Shown here: one piece after another, positions 46,552 to 56,267 of the stretch
Position numbering within the stretch: position 1 is the first letter of the stretch
Layout: each line of letters opens with the position of its first letter
NCBI GenBank assembly: GCA_046052125.1
Contig: JBJOMY010000001.1
Span: forward strand, 704,001 to 768,000
Direction: 5' to 3'
Source of the DNA: Cyanobacteriota bacterium
GTDB lineage: Bacteria > Cyanobacteriota > Cyanobacteriia > PCC-6307 > Cyanobiaceae
Length of the DNA: 64,000 nt
The notes under the pieces: generated by a model
Database searches by the model: none
Told to the model about the DNA's origin: nothing
The model's input: only the letters and a program-made list of their open reading frames with translations
Program-made: the position numbers and the translations under genes

Positions 46552-47229
46552 ATGACGTCCTCCCAGCGCCGAGCACACCATTGGGTGATCGGTGACGTTC
46601 ATGGTTGCGCCGATGCGCTGGATCAGCTGCTGCTGCAGCTTCCGCCTGCTGATCGACTGATCTTCTGCGGCGATGCGATCAACCGCGGTCCGGGGATCGA
46701 GGCGAGCATGCAGCGGATCTGGCGTCTGGTGGAGTCGGGCCGGGCCGTGTGGCTGCGGGGCAACCACGAGCAGGATCTGATCCAGGGGCTCCAGGGCCAT
46801 GACAGCGAGGCCGAGCGCCGCCTGGCCGGCTGCGACACCTACCGCCAACTGGGCGACACCCAGTGCCGGCAATGGCTCGATCGGCTGCAGCATCTGCCCC
46901 TCGCCTACTGGGGTGAGGGCTGGGTGGCGACCCACGCCGGCTTCGATCCGAGCACCTGGCAGCCCGATCTGCGGGTGCGGCTCGATTTCTGGCAGAACTA
47001 CGACGGCCGCTTCGGTGATGTGGTGATCGGCCACACCCCCGGCCCGCACGTGCGCCGGATGCGCCACATCGTGATGGTGGACACCGGTGCCTGCTACGGC
47101 GGCGATCTCAGCGCCTACTGCCCGGAAACCGAAGCGGTGATCGCGGTGCCTGGGCTGCTCAGCGAACAGGCCAGGCCGTTGCCGGGCGTGAGGCCCGCCG
47201 CCCCCCAGCCGGCCGCTGCCCGCAGCTGA
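46552..47229 (+). CDS. Ser/Thr phosphatase-family metallophosphoesterase
   Basis: 'GDVHG', 'GDAINRG', 'RGNHE', 'GHTP', 'DTGA'. Confidence 0.9.
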   Translation: MTSSQRRAHHWVIGDVHGCADALDQLLLQLPPADRLIFCGDAINRGPGIEASMQRIWRLVESGRAVWLRGNHEQDLIQGLQGHDSEAERRLAGCDTYRQLGDTQCRQWLDRLQHLPLAYWGEGWVATHAGFDPSTWQPDLRVRLDFWQNYDGRFGDVVIGHTPGPHVRRMRHIVMVDTGACYGGDLSAYCPETEAVIAVPGLLSEQARPLPGVRPAAPQPAAARS

Positions 47230-47232
47230 GCC

Positions 47233-50200
47233 TTGCTCACCCTTTACCGCAGCAACCGGGCTGAACTGCTGGCGCAGGTTCTGGCCACGCAGCTGCGCCT
47301 CGATCCCCCTGGCCCGCTCGAGCAGATCCAGGTGGTGGTGAACACCTGGCCTACCAGCCGCTGGCTGGGGGAGCAGATCGCCACGGGCAACGGCGCCGGC
47401 ATCGCCGCCAACCTGCGCTTTCCCTTTCCCACCAGCCTGCTGCGCCAACTGGTGGATCAGCTGCTCGCCGAGCCCGAGCTCGAGCTGGAAACTCCCGTTT
47501 CAGGACCTGACCCCTGGCGCGCCCAAAACCTGGTGTGGCCCCTGCTCGAGCAGCTCCCGGCCCTGCTCGCGGAGCCAGAAGCCGCCCCGTTGCAGCGCTG
47601 GCTGCAGCAGCGCCAGGGCGATCAGCAACTGCGCCAACTGGATCGGCCCCTCTGGCAGCTCACGCGGGCCATTGCCGATGCCATCGACGACTACGGCCTC
47701 TACCGGCCCGCCATGCTCGAGGCCTGGCTGCGGGGCCAGGCGGTGGATGGCCGGGGCCAACCCCTGGCGGAAGCGCTGCACTGGCAGCCGCTTCTGGTGC
47801 GTCGCCTGGCCGAGCAACTGCAGGGCCAGCCGTTTGGGCTACGGGCGCTGGAGTTGATCCGCCGCCTGCAGCAGGGCTGGCGGCCAGATCCCACCAGCTC
47901 CAGCGAGCAGCCGCTGCGGTTGTTCGGCCTGAGCAGCCTGGCGCCGGTGCAGGTGGAGCTGCTGCAGGCGCTCTCGGCTGTTCAGGCTGTGGAGCTCTAC
48001 CTGCTCACCCCCTGCCGGGATCTCTGGCAGCGGCGGGATGGGGCGGGGAGTCGCGATCCCCTGAGCAGCGATTGGCTCCTGGAGGTGCCGGGGCTCGAGG
48101 CCCGCTTCGGGCGGTTGGGGGCTGAATTCCAGCAATTGCTCGAAGGCAGCGGCGAGAACCAACTGGGGGAATGGCGCGAAGGGGATCTGTTCTTTGCACC
48201 GGCGCGGGTGGCATCCGAACAGGGCCGCCCCGCTTCGCTGCTGGAGCAACTCCAGGAGCGGCTGGCCAGCGGTGCGGCCGATGGCGAGGGGGGGGAACCG
48301 CTGGAGGCAGCGGCTGGCGACACCTCCCTGGAATTCCATGCCTGCCCGGGGCGGCTGCGCCAGCTGCAGGTGGTGCGCGATCGGCTGTTGCAGCTGCTGG
48401 CCGCCGATCCCGAGCTGGAGCCCCGCGACATCCTGGTGATGACCCCCCAGGTGGAAGCGTTCGCGCCACTGGTGGGGGCTGTGTTTGGCGACAGCGGCGC
48501 CACCGGCGTGACGCTGCCCTGGCGGCTCACCGACCGCAGCCAGCAGAGCGAGGCGGGCATCAGCCAGGGGCTGCTCGAGCTGCTGCAGCTGGGGGGCGAA
48601 CGGTTCACCGCCTCAGCCCTGGAGCGCCTGTTGGCCTGCGCGCCGCTGCTGGAGGCCCAGGCGCTCGCCTCAGACGATGCGGCCGCCATCAGCCGCACCT
48701 TGCAGGAGGCGGGCTTCCGCTGGGGGCTCGATGGACGAGATCGCGGCGGCGACGACAGCCACAGCCTCGAGTGGGCGATCGATCGGCTGGTGCTCGGGCT
48801 GGTGTTGCCCGAGTGGCCGGGGCTGGCTCCCGGCGGCTGCGCGCCGCTGGCCCTCGAGCCGAGCCTGGAGCAACAGGAGCGCTGGATCGCATTGCTGCGG
48901 GCCCTGTTGCGCTGGCTGCGCTGGCTCGGCCAAGCCCGCACCCCGGCGCAGTGGCTGCAGGGCCTGCGCACCTTGCTGACCGAGCTGTTTGGCGATGGCG
49001 GCGAGCGGGCCTGGGAGCTGCAAAGCATCCACGCCGCCCTGGCGGACTGGAAGGCGGTGGCGGAGTCGAGCGATCTCGAGCTGGCGGCGCCGGTGGTGGC
49101 CGAGCTGCTCGGCGAGCGCCTCAGCGAGGGCAGCGGCCGCTTCGGGCACCGCTCCGGCGCCCTCACGATCAGCGCCCTGGAGCCGATGCGCGCCATCCCC
49201 CACAAGGTGGTGGTGCTGATGGGTCTCGACGCCGGCGCGTTCCCGCGCCAGAAGCAACGCCCTGGCTTCCACCTACTGGAACAACAGCGCCAACTGGGCG
49301 ATCCCAACAGCGGCGACCAGGACCGCTACGTGCTGCTCGAGAGCCTGCTCTCAGCGCGCCAACACCTGTTGATCAGCTGGAGCAACCGCGATGAGCGCAC
49401 GGGCGAGCGACTGGAGGCCTCCACGCCGGTGCGGCAATGGCTGGAGTGGCTCAGCCGCGAGCTGCCAGAGCTGCCGGTGCGCGAGCACTACGCCAACCCC
49501 CTGGAGCGCGGCAATTTCCTGAGCGATCCCCCCTGGCCGCCCGCTAGCTGCGATCGCCGGTTGCTGCAGGCGCGTAGGCAGCTGGAGCAGGGCAGCGCCG
49601 AGCCGGCGCAGCGGGGCCTGGCCTTCAGTGCGATCCCGCCCCAGCCACTGCAACCGCCGGCACTCACACCCCAACAGGCCTGGATCAACCTGCGCCAATG
49701 GCTGGAGCACCCGCAGCGCCAGTGGCTGGAGGGGCTGGGCCTGCGCCCGCGGGAGTTCGACAACCCGGTGTTGGATCGCGATGCCCTGGAGCTGCAGGAG
49801 CGCGAGCGGGCGGCCCTGCTGCGCGGGCAACTGGATCCCCTCCCCAACGCCCTGCCCGACTGGCAATGGCTAGAGCAGGGCACAGGCCTGCTGCCGCCCC
49901 AGGCCGCCGGCGAGCTGGAGGTGCAGCAGCTGCAACAGCGCTGGCTGGCCCTGCGCGATTGCCTCGAGCAACTGGGGGAGGCCACAACCCGCAGCACTCG
50001 CTGGCAAAACCTGGAGGGAGACCTGCACTGGCGAGGCCGCCAGCTGGTGGTGGTGCACACCGCCAAACCGCGCCCTGCGCAGCGCATGGCCCTGTGGCTG
50101 GAGCTGCTGTTGGCTTGCGCCGCCGGTGAGGCCCCCACTGGAGCTGCCCTGGTGGGGCGCGATGGCCAGCGCTTCCGGGTGCTCGAGCGGCTGGAGGCCC

Positions 50201-50514
50201 TGCCCGCCGCCGCGGCCGCAGACCATTTGGAGCAGCTGCGCCAATGGCACGGGCACTACAGCCAGCGCTGTTGGCCCCTGCCGCCAGACACCGGCTGGGC
50301 CTTGGCCTCTGCGGCGGAGCCGCGCCGCTGGAGCGCCGCCCAGAGCGCCTGGGAGGGCAACGCGATGCTGCGGGGCGAACGGCGCGATCCCGTTCAGGCG
50401 GTGTGTTTCGGGGCGGATCTGCCGGCGGCGGAGCTGCTCACCCCTGAACTGCAACAGCTGGCCCTTGCGCTGCACGGGCCGCTCCTGGAGCGGCGCCAGG
50501 AGGTGAAGGGATGA
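47233..50514 (+). CDS. recC: Exodeoxyribonuclease V gamma subunit
   Basis: 'LYRSNRAELL', 'PRDILVMTP', 'PMRAIPHKVVVLMGL', 'DRYVLLESLLSAR'. Confidence 0.93.
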   Translation: MLTLYRSNRAELLAQVLATQLRLDPPGPLEQIQVVVNTWPTSRWLGEQIATGNGAGIAANLRFPFPTSLLRQLVDQLLAEPELELETPVSGPDPWRAQNLVWPLLEQLPALLAEPEAAPLQRWLQQRQGDQQLRQLDRPLWQLTRAIADAIDDYGLYRPAMLEAWLRGQAVDGRGQPLAEALHWQPLLVRRLAEQLQGQPFGLRALELIRRLQQGWRPDPTSSSEQPLRLFGLSSLAPVQVELLQALSAVQAVELYLLTPCRDLWQRRDGAGSRDPLSSDWLLEVPGLEARFGRLGAEFQQLLEGSGENQLGEWREGDLFFAPARVASEQGRPASLLEQLQERLASGAADGEGGEPLEAAAGDTSLEFHACPGRLRQLQVVRDRLLQLLAADPELEPRDILVMTPQVEAFAPLVGAVFGDSGATGVTLPWRLTDRSQQSEAGISQGLLELLQLGGERFTASALERLLACAPLLEAQALASDDAAAISRTLQEAGFRWGLDGRDRGGDDSHSLEWAIDRLVLGLVLPEWPGLAPGGCAPLALEPSLEQQERWIALLRALLRWLRWLGQARTPAQWLQGLRTLLTELFGDGGERAWELQSIHAALADWKAVAESSDLELAAPVVAELLGERLSEGSGRFGHRSGALTISALEPMRAIPHKVVVLMGLDAGAFPRQKQRPGFHLLEQQRQLGDPNSGDQDRYVLLESLLSARQHLLISWSNRDERTGERLEASTPVRQWLEWLSRELPELPVREHYANPLERGNFLSDPPWPPASCDRRLLQARRQLEQGSAEPAQRGLAFSAIPPQPLQPPALTPQQAWINLRQWLEHPQRQWLEGLGLRPREFDNPVLDRDALELQERERAALLRGQLDPLPNALPDWQWLEQGTGLLPPQAAGELEVQQLQQRWLALRDCLEQLGEATTRSTRWQNLEGDLHWRGRQLVVVHTAKPRPAQRMALWLELLLACAAGEAPTGAALVGRDGQRFRVLERLEALPAAAAADHLEQLRQWHGHYSQRCWPLPPDTGWALASAAEPRRWSAAQSAWEGNAMLRGERRDPVQAVCFGADLPAAELLTPELQQLALALHGPLLERRQEVKG

Positions 50515-53500
50515 GCACCCTGGCCCGCTTCGATGCCAATGCCATGCCCCTGAGCCCGGGCATCCGCCTCCTGGAGGCCAGCGCCGGCACCGGCAAAACC
50601 TTCGCCCTGGCCCATCTGGTGCTGCGCCTGCTCAGCGAGGGAGCAAAGCCGCTCAGCGTGGAGCAACTGCTGGTGGTCACCTTCACCGATGCGGCGGCGG
50701 CGGAACTGCGCGATCGCATCGCCCGCCGGCTCCAGGAGGCCCTGCAGTTGCTGGAGCCAGGCTGCAGCACACCCCCAGGCGATGAGCCGCTGGCGGCCTG
50801 GCACGCGGCCCTCGCCCCTGCGGCGCCGGGCTTGCTGCGGGGCCGCCTGCTCCTGGCGCTCGAGCAGCTTGATCGCGCCGACATCACCACCATCCATGGC
50901 TTCTGCCGGCGCACCTTGCAGCGCCAGGCCCTGGAGGCAGGCCTGGGCCCGGCGGTGAGCCTCGAGAACGAAGGGCGCGAACGCCGCGCCGAGCTGGTGC
51001 ACGACTACTGGAGCAGGCAGGTGTTGCCCCTACCCGCGGGCTACCTGGCCGGCTTGCGTCAGCGGCACATCACCCCCGATCAGCTCTCTGGCCTGCTCGG
51101 CAGCCTCGATGGAGACCCGGCCCTCAGCCTCGAGCCCCTGCCAGAGCCGCTGAGCGCCAATGCGCCTCTGGCACCGCAACTGGAGGCGATCTGGCAGGAG
51201 CGCTGGCAGGTGTTCCGGCAGGAGTGGCAGGAGCGCAGCGAAACCCTGGAAACCGATCTGGCGGCTGCAGCCGCAGAGCTCAAGAGCCTCCAGCTGCCCT
51301 ACAAGCCCTACCGGCTCAAAGCCAAGCCCGACAAGCTGCAACGCGTGCAGGCCTGGCTGGATGGCCTCAGCGATCCCGAACAAGCCCCCAGCTACCAGGA
51401 GGTGCTGAGCCAGAGCGATCTGCTCGGCTACTTCCACCCCGGCAGCTTCTGCAAGGTGGCGGCCCAGGCCCATGGCGATGGGGTGTCGCTCCCGCAACGG
51501 CCTTTGCTGGAGGCGATCGCAGCCCTGGCGGATGGCCCGGCGGAGCTGCTGCTGCTCCATTTCGCCCACTGGGGCCGCGCTGAGCTGGCGCGGCGGCGTG
51601 AGCGCAGCGGCCAGATGGGCTTCGCGCAACTGCTCGAGCAACTTGATCCAGGCCCCGAGCCCGCCATTCCCTCGCCGCTGCTGGAGGCGGTGGCCCGGCG
51701 CTACCGCGCCGCCTTGATCGATGAATTTCAGGACACCGATCCGCTGCAGTGGCGGATCCTGCAGCGGGCCTTCACCGGCAGGGAGCCTGGGCATCTGCTG
51801 GTGATGGTGGGTGACCCCAAGCAGGCGATCTACCGCTTCCGCGGCGGCGAGCTGGCCACCTACCGACTGGCGGCGCAAGCCGCCAGCGAGCGCTACGGGC
51901 TCACCGAAAACCGCCGCTCCAGCGCTGCCTTGGTGGAGGGGCTCAATGCCCTGATGCAGCCCGGACTGGTGCGCTCCGAGCTGGAGGTGCCGGCAGTACA
52001 GGCCAAGGCCCAAAAGGGCACGTTGCAGCTAGCTGAAGGCGAAGCGCCCCTAAAGGTTCTTCCCCTCGAGCCCGCTCAACTTGAGAGCCAGATGGCCGCG
52101 CTCTGCCAGCAGTTGCTCGAGCGGCGACTGGTGTTGCGGCAAGGGGATCAGGAGCGCAGGCTGCGGCCAGGGGATCTCTGCCTACTGGTGGGGCGCCACA
52201 GCCAGGCGGAGAGCCTGCGGGCGGCGTTGGAGCGGCGTCAGCTGCCCAGCCGGCTGGTGAGCCGCGGGGATGTGTTCGAAAGCCTGGGCGCCACCGCCCT
52301 GCAGCGGCTGCTCGATGCCCTCGCCAACCCAGGCGATCCAGGCCGGCAGCGGCTCCTGGCGGCTTCGCCGCTGTTGGGCTGGTCGGCGGCCGAGCTGCAG
52401 AGCCGCCCTCCCGAGCGCTGGGATCAGCTGGCGGCCGAGCTGAGCCAGTGGGCGCAGCAACTGCCGCGGCTGGGGCTCACCGGCGTGCTCGCAGAGCTGC
52501 TCGCAGCCGATGGGCTGGCGCGGTTGTCGCTGCGGGGGCGGGCCCTGGCGGATCTGCAGCAGGCAGCCGAGCTGGTGCAGGAGCAGATGCACAGCCAGGG
52601 GTTGGGGGCCGTGGCGGCGGCGGATTGGCTGCGCAACCTGAGGCTGCAGGAAGAGCGCGACCCACCCGAGGAGCACCTCTGCCGCAGCGATGCCGCCGAA
52701 TCAGCGATCGCCGTGGTGACGGTGCACCGCAGCAAGGGCCTGGAGTACCCGGTGGTGATCTGCCCCTATCTCTGGAAGGCACCCGCCCCGGCCAAAGCAG
52801 GCAGCCAGCGGCTGGGCCGGCGCTGGTTGCCGCCCGGCGCCAGCCAACCGCAGCTCGATCTGCACCTCAATCCCTACTGGGGCCGCGGCCGCCAAGCCGC
52901 TTTCCAAGACCACCACGCCCAGCTGCAGGAGGCGGAACGCCTGGCCTATGTGGCGTGCACCCGGGCGCAACACCTGCTGGTGCTCGGCTGGCCGGGGGCG
53001 GAGCTGGCCGAAGCGGGCAACCCCTTGAGCCCCTGGCTGGAGCACCGCAACCTCACGGCACTGCAGCCCATCGATCTGGCCCAGCTGCCACCGCTGGAGC
53101 GGCGCTGGAGCCCGGAGCCCGAAAGCGGTGAGCTGGAGCTGGGCCCCACCCCCAGCCGCTCGCTCGATAGCCGCTGGGGCCGGGCCAGCTATTCCGCCTG
53201 GACCCACAGCGACGCCGCCCTGCCCCCCCAGGCCCGCGACGAAGGCCGCGACAACGATGCCCTCACCCCAAGCGACGACAGCAGCGAATTAGTCCCAGCG
53301 GAGGACGGCACGCGCTGGCCGGTGTTGGGGCCCCTGGCCCACTTCCCCCGCGGCGCCGGTCCGGGTGATGCCCTGCACCGGATGCTCGAGCAGGTGGAGT
53401 TCCGCCAACTGGCGGACAACCCCGAAGCCAGCCGCGCGCTGTTGCTGCAGGAGCTGGAGCGGGCGGCTCTCGATCCCGAGCAGATCGAACCGCTGCTCGA

Positions 53501-54152
53501 GGGGCTGCAGCTGGTGGCGAGCAGTCCTCTGGGGGGAGCCTTGGGCCGCTGCCGGCTGGCGGATCTGGAGAGCGGCAGCTGGTTGAGCGAGCTCAACTTC
53601 GATCTGCCTCTGGCCCACAGGGATCGCGATCGGCTCGTGCGCAGCAGCGGCCTGGCGGCAGCCTTCGAGCAACACCCCGGGGGCCGCTTCGGGGCCGCCT
53701 ACGCCGAGCAGCTGCGCGGCCTGCAGGTGGCCAGCCGCGGCTTCCTCACCGGCTCGATCGACCTGGTGTTCCAGTGGCAGGAGCGCTGGTGGGTGGCCGA
53801 TTGGAAGAGCAACTGGCTGGGGCGGCGCGACAGCCAGGGCCAGGTGGTGGCCTGCGGCCCCGCCGATTACAACCAGCCAGCCATGGCCGAGCTGATGGCC
53901 CGCAGCCACTACCCCCTGCAGGCGCATTTGTATTTGGTGGCCCTGCACCGCTACCTGCACTGGCGCCTGCCCGGCTACGACCCCGCCCAACACCTGGGCG
54001 GCTACGCCTACGTGTTCTTGCGTGGTGTGGCCGGTCCGGCGGCAGAGGCTGAGGCCCAACAGGGGGCGGGCGTTCCCGGTGTGCTGGTGGACACCCCCCC
54101 GCTGAGCCGCTTGCTGACCCTCGATGCGCTGTTGCGGGAGGGGCAGCCATGA
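50511..54152 (+). CDS. recB: Exodeoxyribonuclease V beta subunit
   Basis: 'EASAGTGKT', 'IDEFQDT', 'GDPKQAIYRFRG' and nuclease 'GSIDLVF...DWKSN'. Confidence 0.95.
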   Translation: MSTLARFDANAMPLSPGIRLLEASAGTGKTFALAHLVLRLLSEGAKPLSVEQLLVVTFTDAAAAELRDRIARRLQEALQLLEPGCSTPPGDEPLAAWHAALAPAAPGLLRGRLLLALEQLDRADITTIHGFCRRTLQRQALEAGLGPAVSLENEGRERRAELVHDYWSRQVLPLPAGYLAGLRQRHITPDQLSGLLGSLDGDPALSLEPLPEPLSANAPLAPQLEAIWQERWQVFRQEWQERSETLETDLAAAAAELKSLQLPYKPYRLKAKPDKLQRVQAWLDGLSDPEQAPSYQEVLSQSDLLGYFHPGSFCKVAAQAHGDGVSLPQRPLLEAIAALADGPAELLLLHFAHWGRAELARRRERSGQMGFAQLLEQLDPGPEPAIPSPLLEAVARRYRAALIDEFQDTDPLQWRILQRAFTGREPGHLLVMVGDPKQAIYRFRGGELATYRLAAQAASERYGLTENRRSSAALVEGLNALMQPGLVRSELEVPAVQAKAQKGTLQLAEGEAPLKVLPLEPAQLESQMAALCQQLLERRLVLRQGDQERRLRPGDLCLLVGRHSQAESLRAALERRQLPSRLVSRGDVFESLGATALQRLLDALANPGDPGRQRLLAASPLLGWSAAELQSRPPERWDQLAAELSQWAQQLPRLGLTGVLAELLAADGLARLSLRGRALADLQQAAELVQEQMHSQGLGAVAAADWLRNLRLQEERDPPEEHLCRSDAAESAIAVVTVHRSKGLEYPVVICPYLWKAPAPAKAGSQRLGRRWLPPGASQPQLDLHLNPYWGRGRQAAFQDHHAQLQEAERLAYVACTRAQHLLVLGWPGAELAEAGNPLSPWLEHRNLTALQPIDLAQLPPLERRWSPEPESGELELGPTPSRSLDSRWGRASYSAWTHSDAALPPQARDEGRDNDALTPSDDSSELVPAEDGTRWPVLGPLAHFPRGAGPGDALHRMLEQVEFRQLADNPEASRALLLQELERAALDPEQIEPLLEGLQLVASSPLGGALGRCRLADLESGSWLSELNFDLPLAHRDRDRLVRSSGLAAAFEQHPGGRFGAAYAEQLRGLQVASRGFLTGSIDLVFQWQERWWVADWKSNWLGRRDSQGQVVACGPADYNQPAMAELMARSHYPLQAHLYLVALHRYLHWRLPGYDPAQHLGGYAYVFLRGVAGPAAEAEAQQGAGVPGVLVDTPPLSRLLTLDALLREGQP

Positions 54153-55786
54153 ACCAGCTCGCCTCCGCCCTGGGCGACACCCTGTTGCGCCGGCTTCCCC
54201 CTGCGGCCACCAGTGATCCGGCCCTACTGCTGCAGGCCAGCCGCGCCCTGATCGCCGCTTTGGAGCAGGGCGAACTGGGGCTCGATCTCGAAGGCCCACC
54301 CCCGGAGGGCGTGGAGGCGAGCAGCTGGCCGGAGGCCACCTTGCAGGCACTGGCCGCCAGCGGCTGGATGGCGGAAGCTGATCAGCTGGCAGCGAACTCG
54401 AGCGCCGAAGCCAGCTCCGCCAGCCACGCCGTGATCATGCGCGATGGGCGCTGGCTGCGCTGGCGCCGCTGGCATGAGCAGAGGCTCCTGTGCCTGGACG
54501 ACCTGATCCAGCGGGCTCAAGCCTCGCTGCAGCCGGCTCCCACCGCTCAAGCGATCGCCGCCGCCACCGCCAGCGCTGCCGCAGCAGGGCTCGACCCTCA
54601 GCAACAGGCCGCAGTGGCAGCACTCCTGAAGCACCAGCTGGTGTTGCTGCTCGGAGGCCCGGGCACCGGCAAAACCTCCACCGTGGCCCAGATGCTCCAG
54701 GCCGCCCTAGCCCTCGATCCGCAGCTGCGGGTGCAACTGGCAGCGCCCACGGGCAAAGCGGCGGCCCGCCTCAGCGCAGCGCTGGACGCCGTGCACCCAC
54801 TGCCCTGCTCCACCCTGCACCGGCTGCTCGAAGCGCGGGGCAACGGCCGCTTCGCCCGCAACGCAAAGCAGCCGCTGGAGCTCGATCTGCTGGTGGTGGA
54901 TGAACTCTCGATGGTGGATCTGCCCCTGATGCGCGCCCTGTTGGAGGCAATGCCCGCCCAGGCACGCCTCTTGCTCGTGGGGGATGCAGGGCAGCTGCCA
55001 CCGGTGGGCACCGGTGCGGTGTTGGAGGAACTGTCGCGAGCGGAGCTGCGAGAGCGATTGGGAGCAGCGGTGGTGGAGCTCACCACCACCTACCGCAACA
55101 ACGGCGCCATCGCCGCATTGGCCTCGGCCCTGCGCCAGGCCCCCGAGCGAACCTCCGATCCCCTGCCAGCGCTGCGGCCATTGCTCAGCCAACTCACCAG
55201 CGAAGACAACCTGCGCTGGCTGGAATGCCCCCTGCAGCAACTCCCGCCGGAGGTGCTCCAGCCCCTGCGGGAGCACCAACAGCGTTTGCGGCAGCTGAGC
55301 CTGGCCCTGCGCTGGCAGGGCGGTGAGGTGGAGCCCAGCGGCAGCGCCGCCCTGCTCAGCGAACTGGAGCAGCTGATGGCCCTGAGCCCCCTGCGGCAGG
55401 GGCCCTGGGGCGTGGCAGCGCTGCACCGCGCCTTGCTGGGGCCGGCGGCCACGGGCCCGCTGGAGCGCTGGCCCCTGGGCACACCGGTGCTCAACCGCCG
55501 CAACCATCCCGAGCAAAACCTGGCCAACGGTGAAATCGGCGTGCTGGTGGAGCGCAACGGGCAGCGGCTGGTGTTGATGGCCGGCGATCGGCTGCTCCAT
55601 CCCGCCCGGCTGGCGGGGGCCGAACCGGCCCTGGCGCTCACGGTGCACAAAGCCCAGGGCAGCCAGTACAGGCAGGTGCTTTTGCTGGTGCCCCCGAGCC
55701 GTCACGGCGATCCACGCCTGCTCTACACGGGACTCACCCGCGCCCGCCAGGCGGTGCTGCTGGTCACCCCGGCCCAGGCTGCCTAG
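54149..55786 (+). CDS. recD: Exodeoxyribonuclease V alpha subunit
   Basis: 'GGPGTGKT', 'APTGKAA', 'DELSMVD', 'TVHKAQGS', 'LYTGLTRA'. Confidence 0.93.
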   Translation: MNQLASALGDTLLRRLPPAATSDPALLLQASRALIAALEQGELGLDLEGPPPEGVEASSWPEATLQALAASGWMAEADQLAANSSAEASSASHAVIMRDGRWLRWRRWHEQRLLCLDDLIQRAQASLQPAPTAQAIAAATASAAAAGLDPQQQAAVAALLKHQLVLLLGGPGTGKTSTVAQMLQAALALDPQLRVQLAAPTGKAAARLSAALDAVHPLPCSTLHRLLEARGNGRFARNAKQPLELDLLVVDELSMVDLPLMRALLEAMPAQARLLLVGDAGQLPPVGTGAVLEELSRAELRERLGAAVVELTTTYRNNGAIAALASALRQAPERTSDPLPALRPLLSQLTSEDNLRWLECPLQQLPPEVLQPLREHQQRLRQLSLALRWQGGEVEPSGSAALLSELEQLMALSPLRQGPWGVAALHRALLGPAATGPLERWPLGTPVLNRRNHPEQNLANGEIGVLVERNGQRLVLMAGDRLLHPARLAGAEPALALTVHKAQGSQYRQVLLLVPPSRHGDPRLLYTGLTRARQAVLLVTPAQAA

Positions 55787-55796
55787 CCTCAGCCCC

Positions 55797-56162
55797 ATGG
55801 CCAACGTTGTGGAGCGCCCCTGGGGCTGGTTTGAACCGCTGGGCGGCGGCGAGGGCTACCTGGTAAAACGCCTTTGCATCCGCGCCCAGCAGCGCATCAG
55901 CCTGCAGCGCCACCGCCACCGGAGCGAGCACTGGGTGGTGGTGGCCGGATCGGGCACGCTCCAGTGCAACAACGACACGCTCACGGCCGAGCCGGGCACG
56001 AGCCTGTTCATTCCCTGCGGTGCCCTGCACCGCGCCAGCGCGGGCGAGCACGACCTACTGATCGTGGAGGTGCAGCGCGGAGAGCAGCTCAGCGAAGACG
56101 ACATCGAACGCATCGCCGACGACTATCAGCGCCTCGGCGAGGGCAGTTCCATCGAGTGTTAA
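55797..56162 (+). CDS. Mannose-6-phosphate isomerase type II C-terminal cupin
   Basis: 'RPWG...VKRL...ISLQRHRHRSEHWVVV...EVQRG..LSEDDIER'. Confidence 0.9.
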   Translation: MANVVERPWGWFEPLGGGEGYLVKRLCIRAQQRISLQRHRHRSEHWVVVAGSGTLQCNNDTLTAEPGTSLFIPCGALHRASAGEHDLLIVEVQRGEQLSEDDIERIADDYQRLGEGSSIEC

Positions 56163-56267
56163 GTTGAGTTCGAGACCCTTTGTGTAAGGGCAAGGCAGTT
56201 ATTCGAAGCTCAAACGCAGCTCAGCGCCGCACAACGGCACTCTTCGCGTGATCGCTTCATCTCCAGG

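Noticed and set aside
47500..55804. Long antisense and alternative-frame ORFs over recCBD (also over the ATPase, crtH, deaD and ABC genes)
   Set aside because: Shadow ORFs expected from high GC3 codon bias
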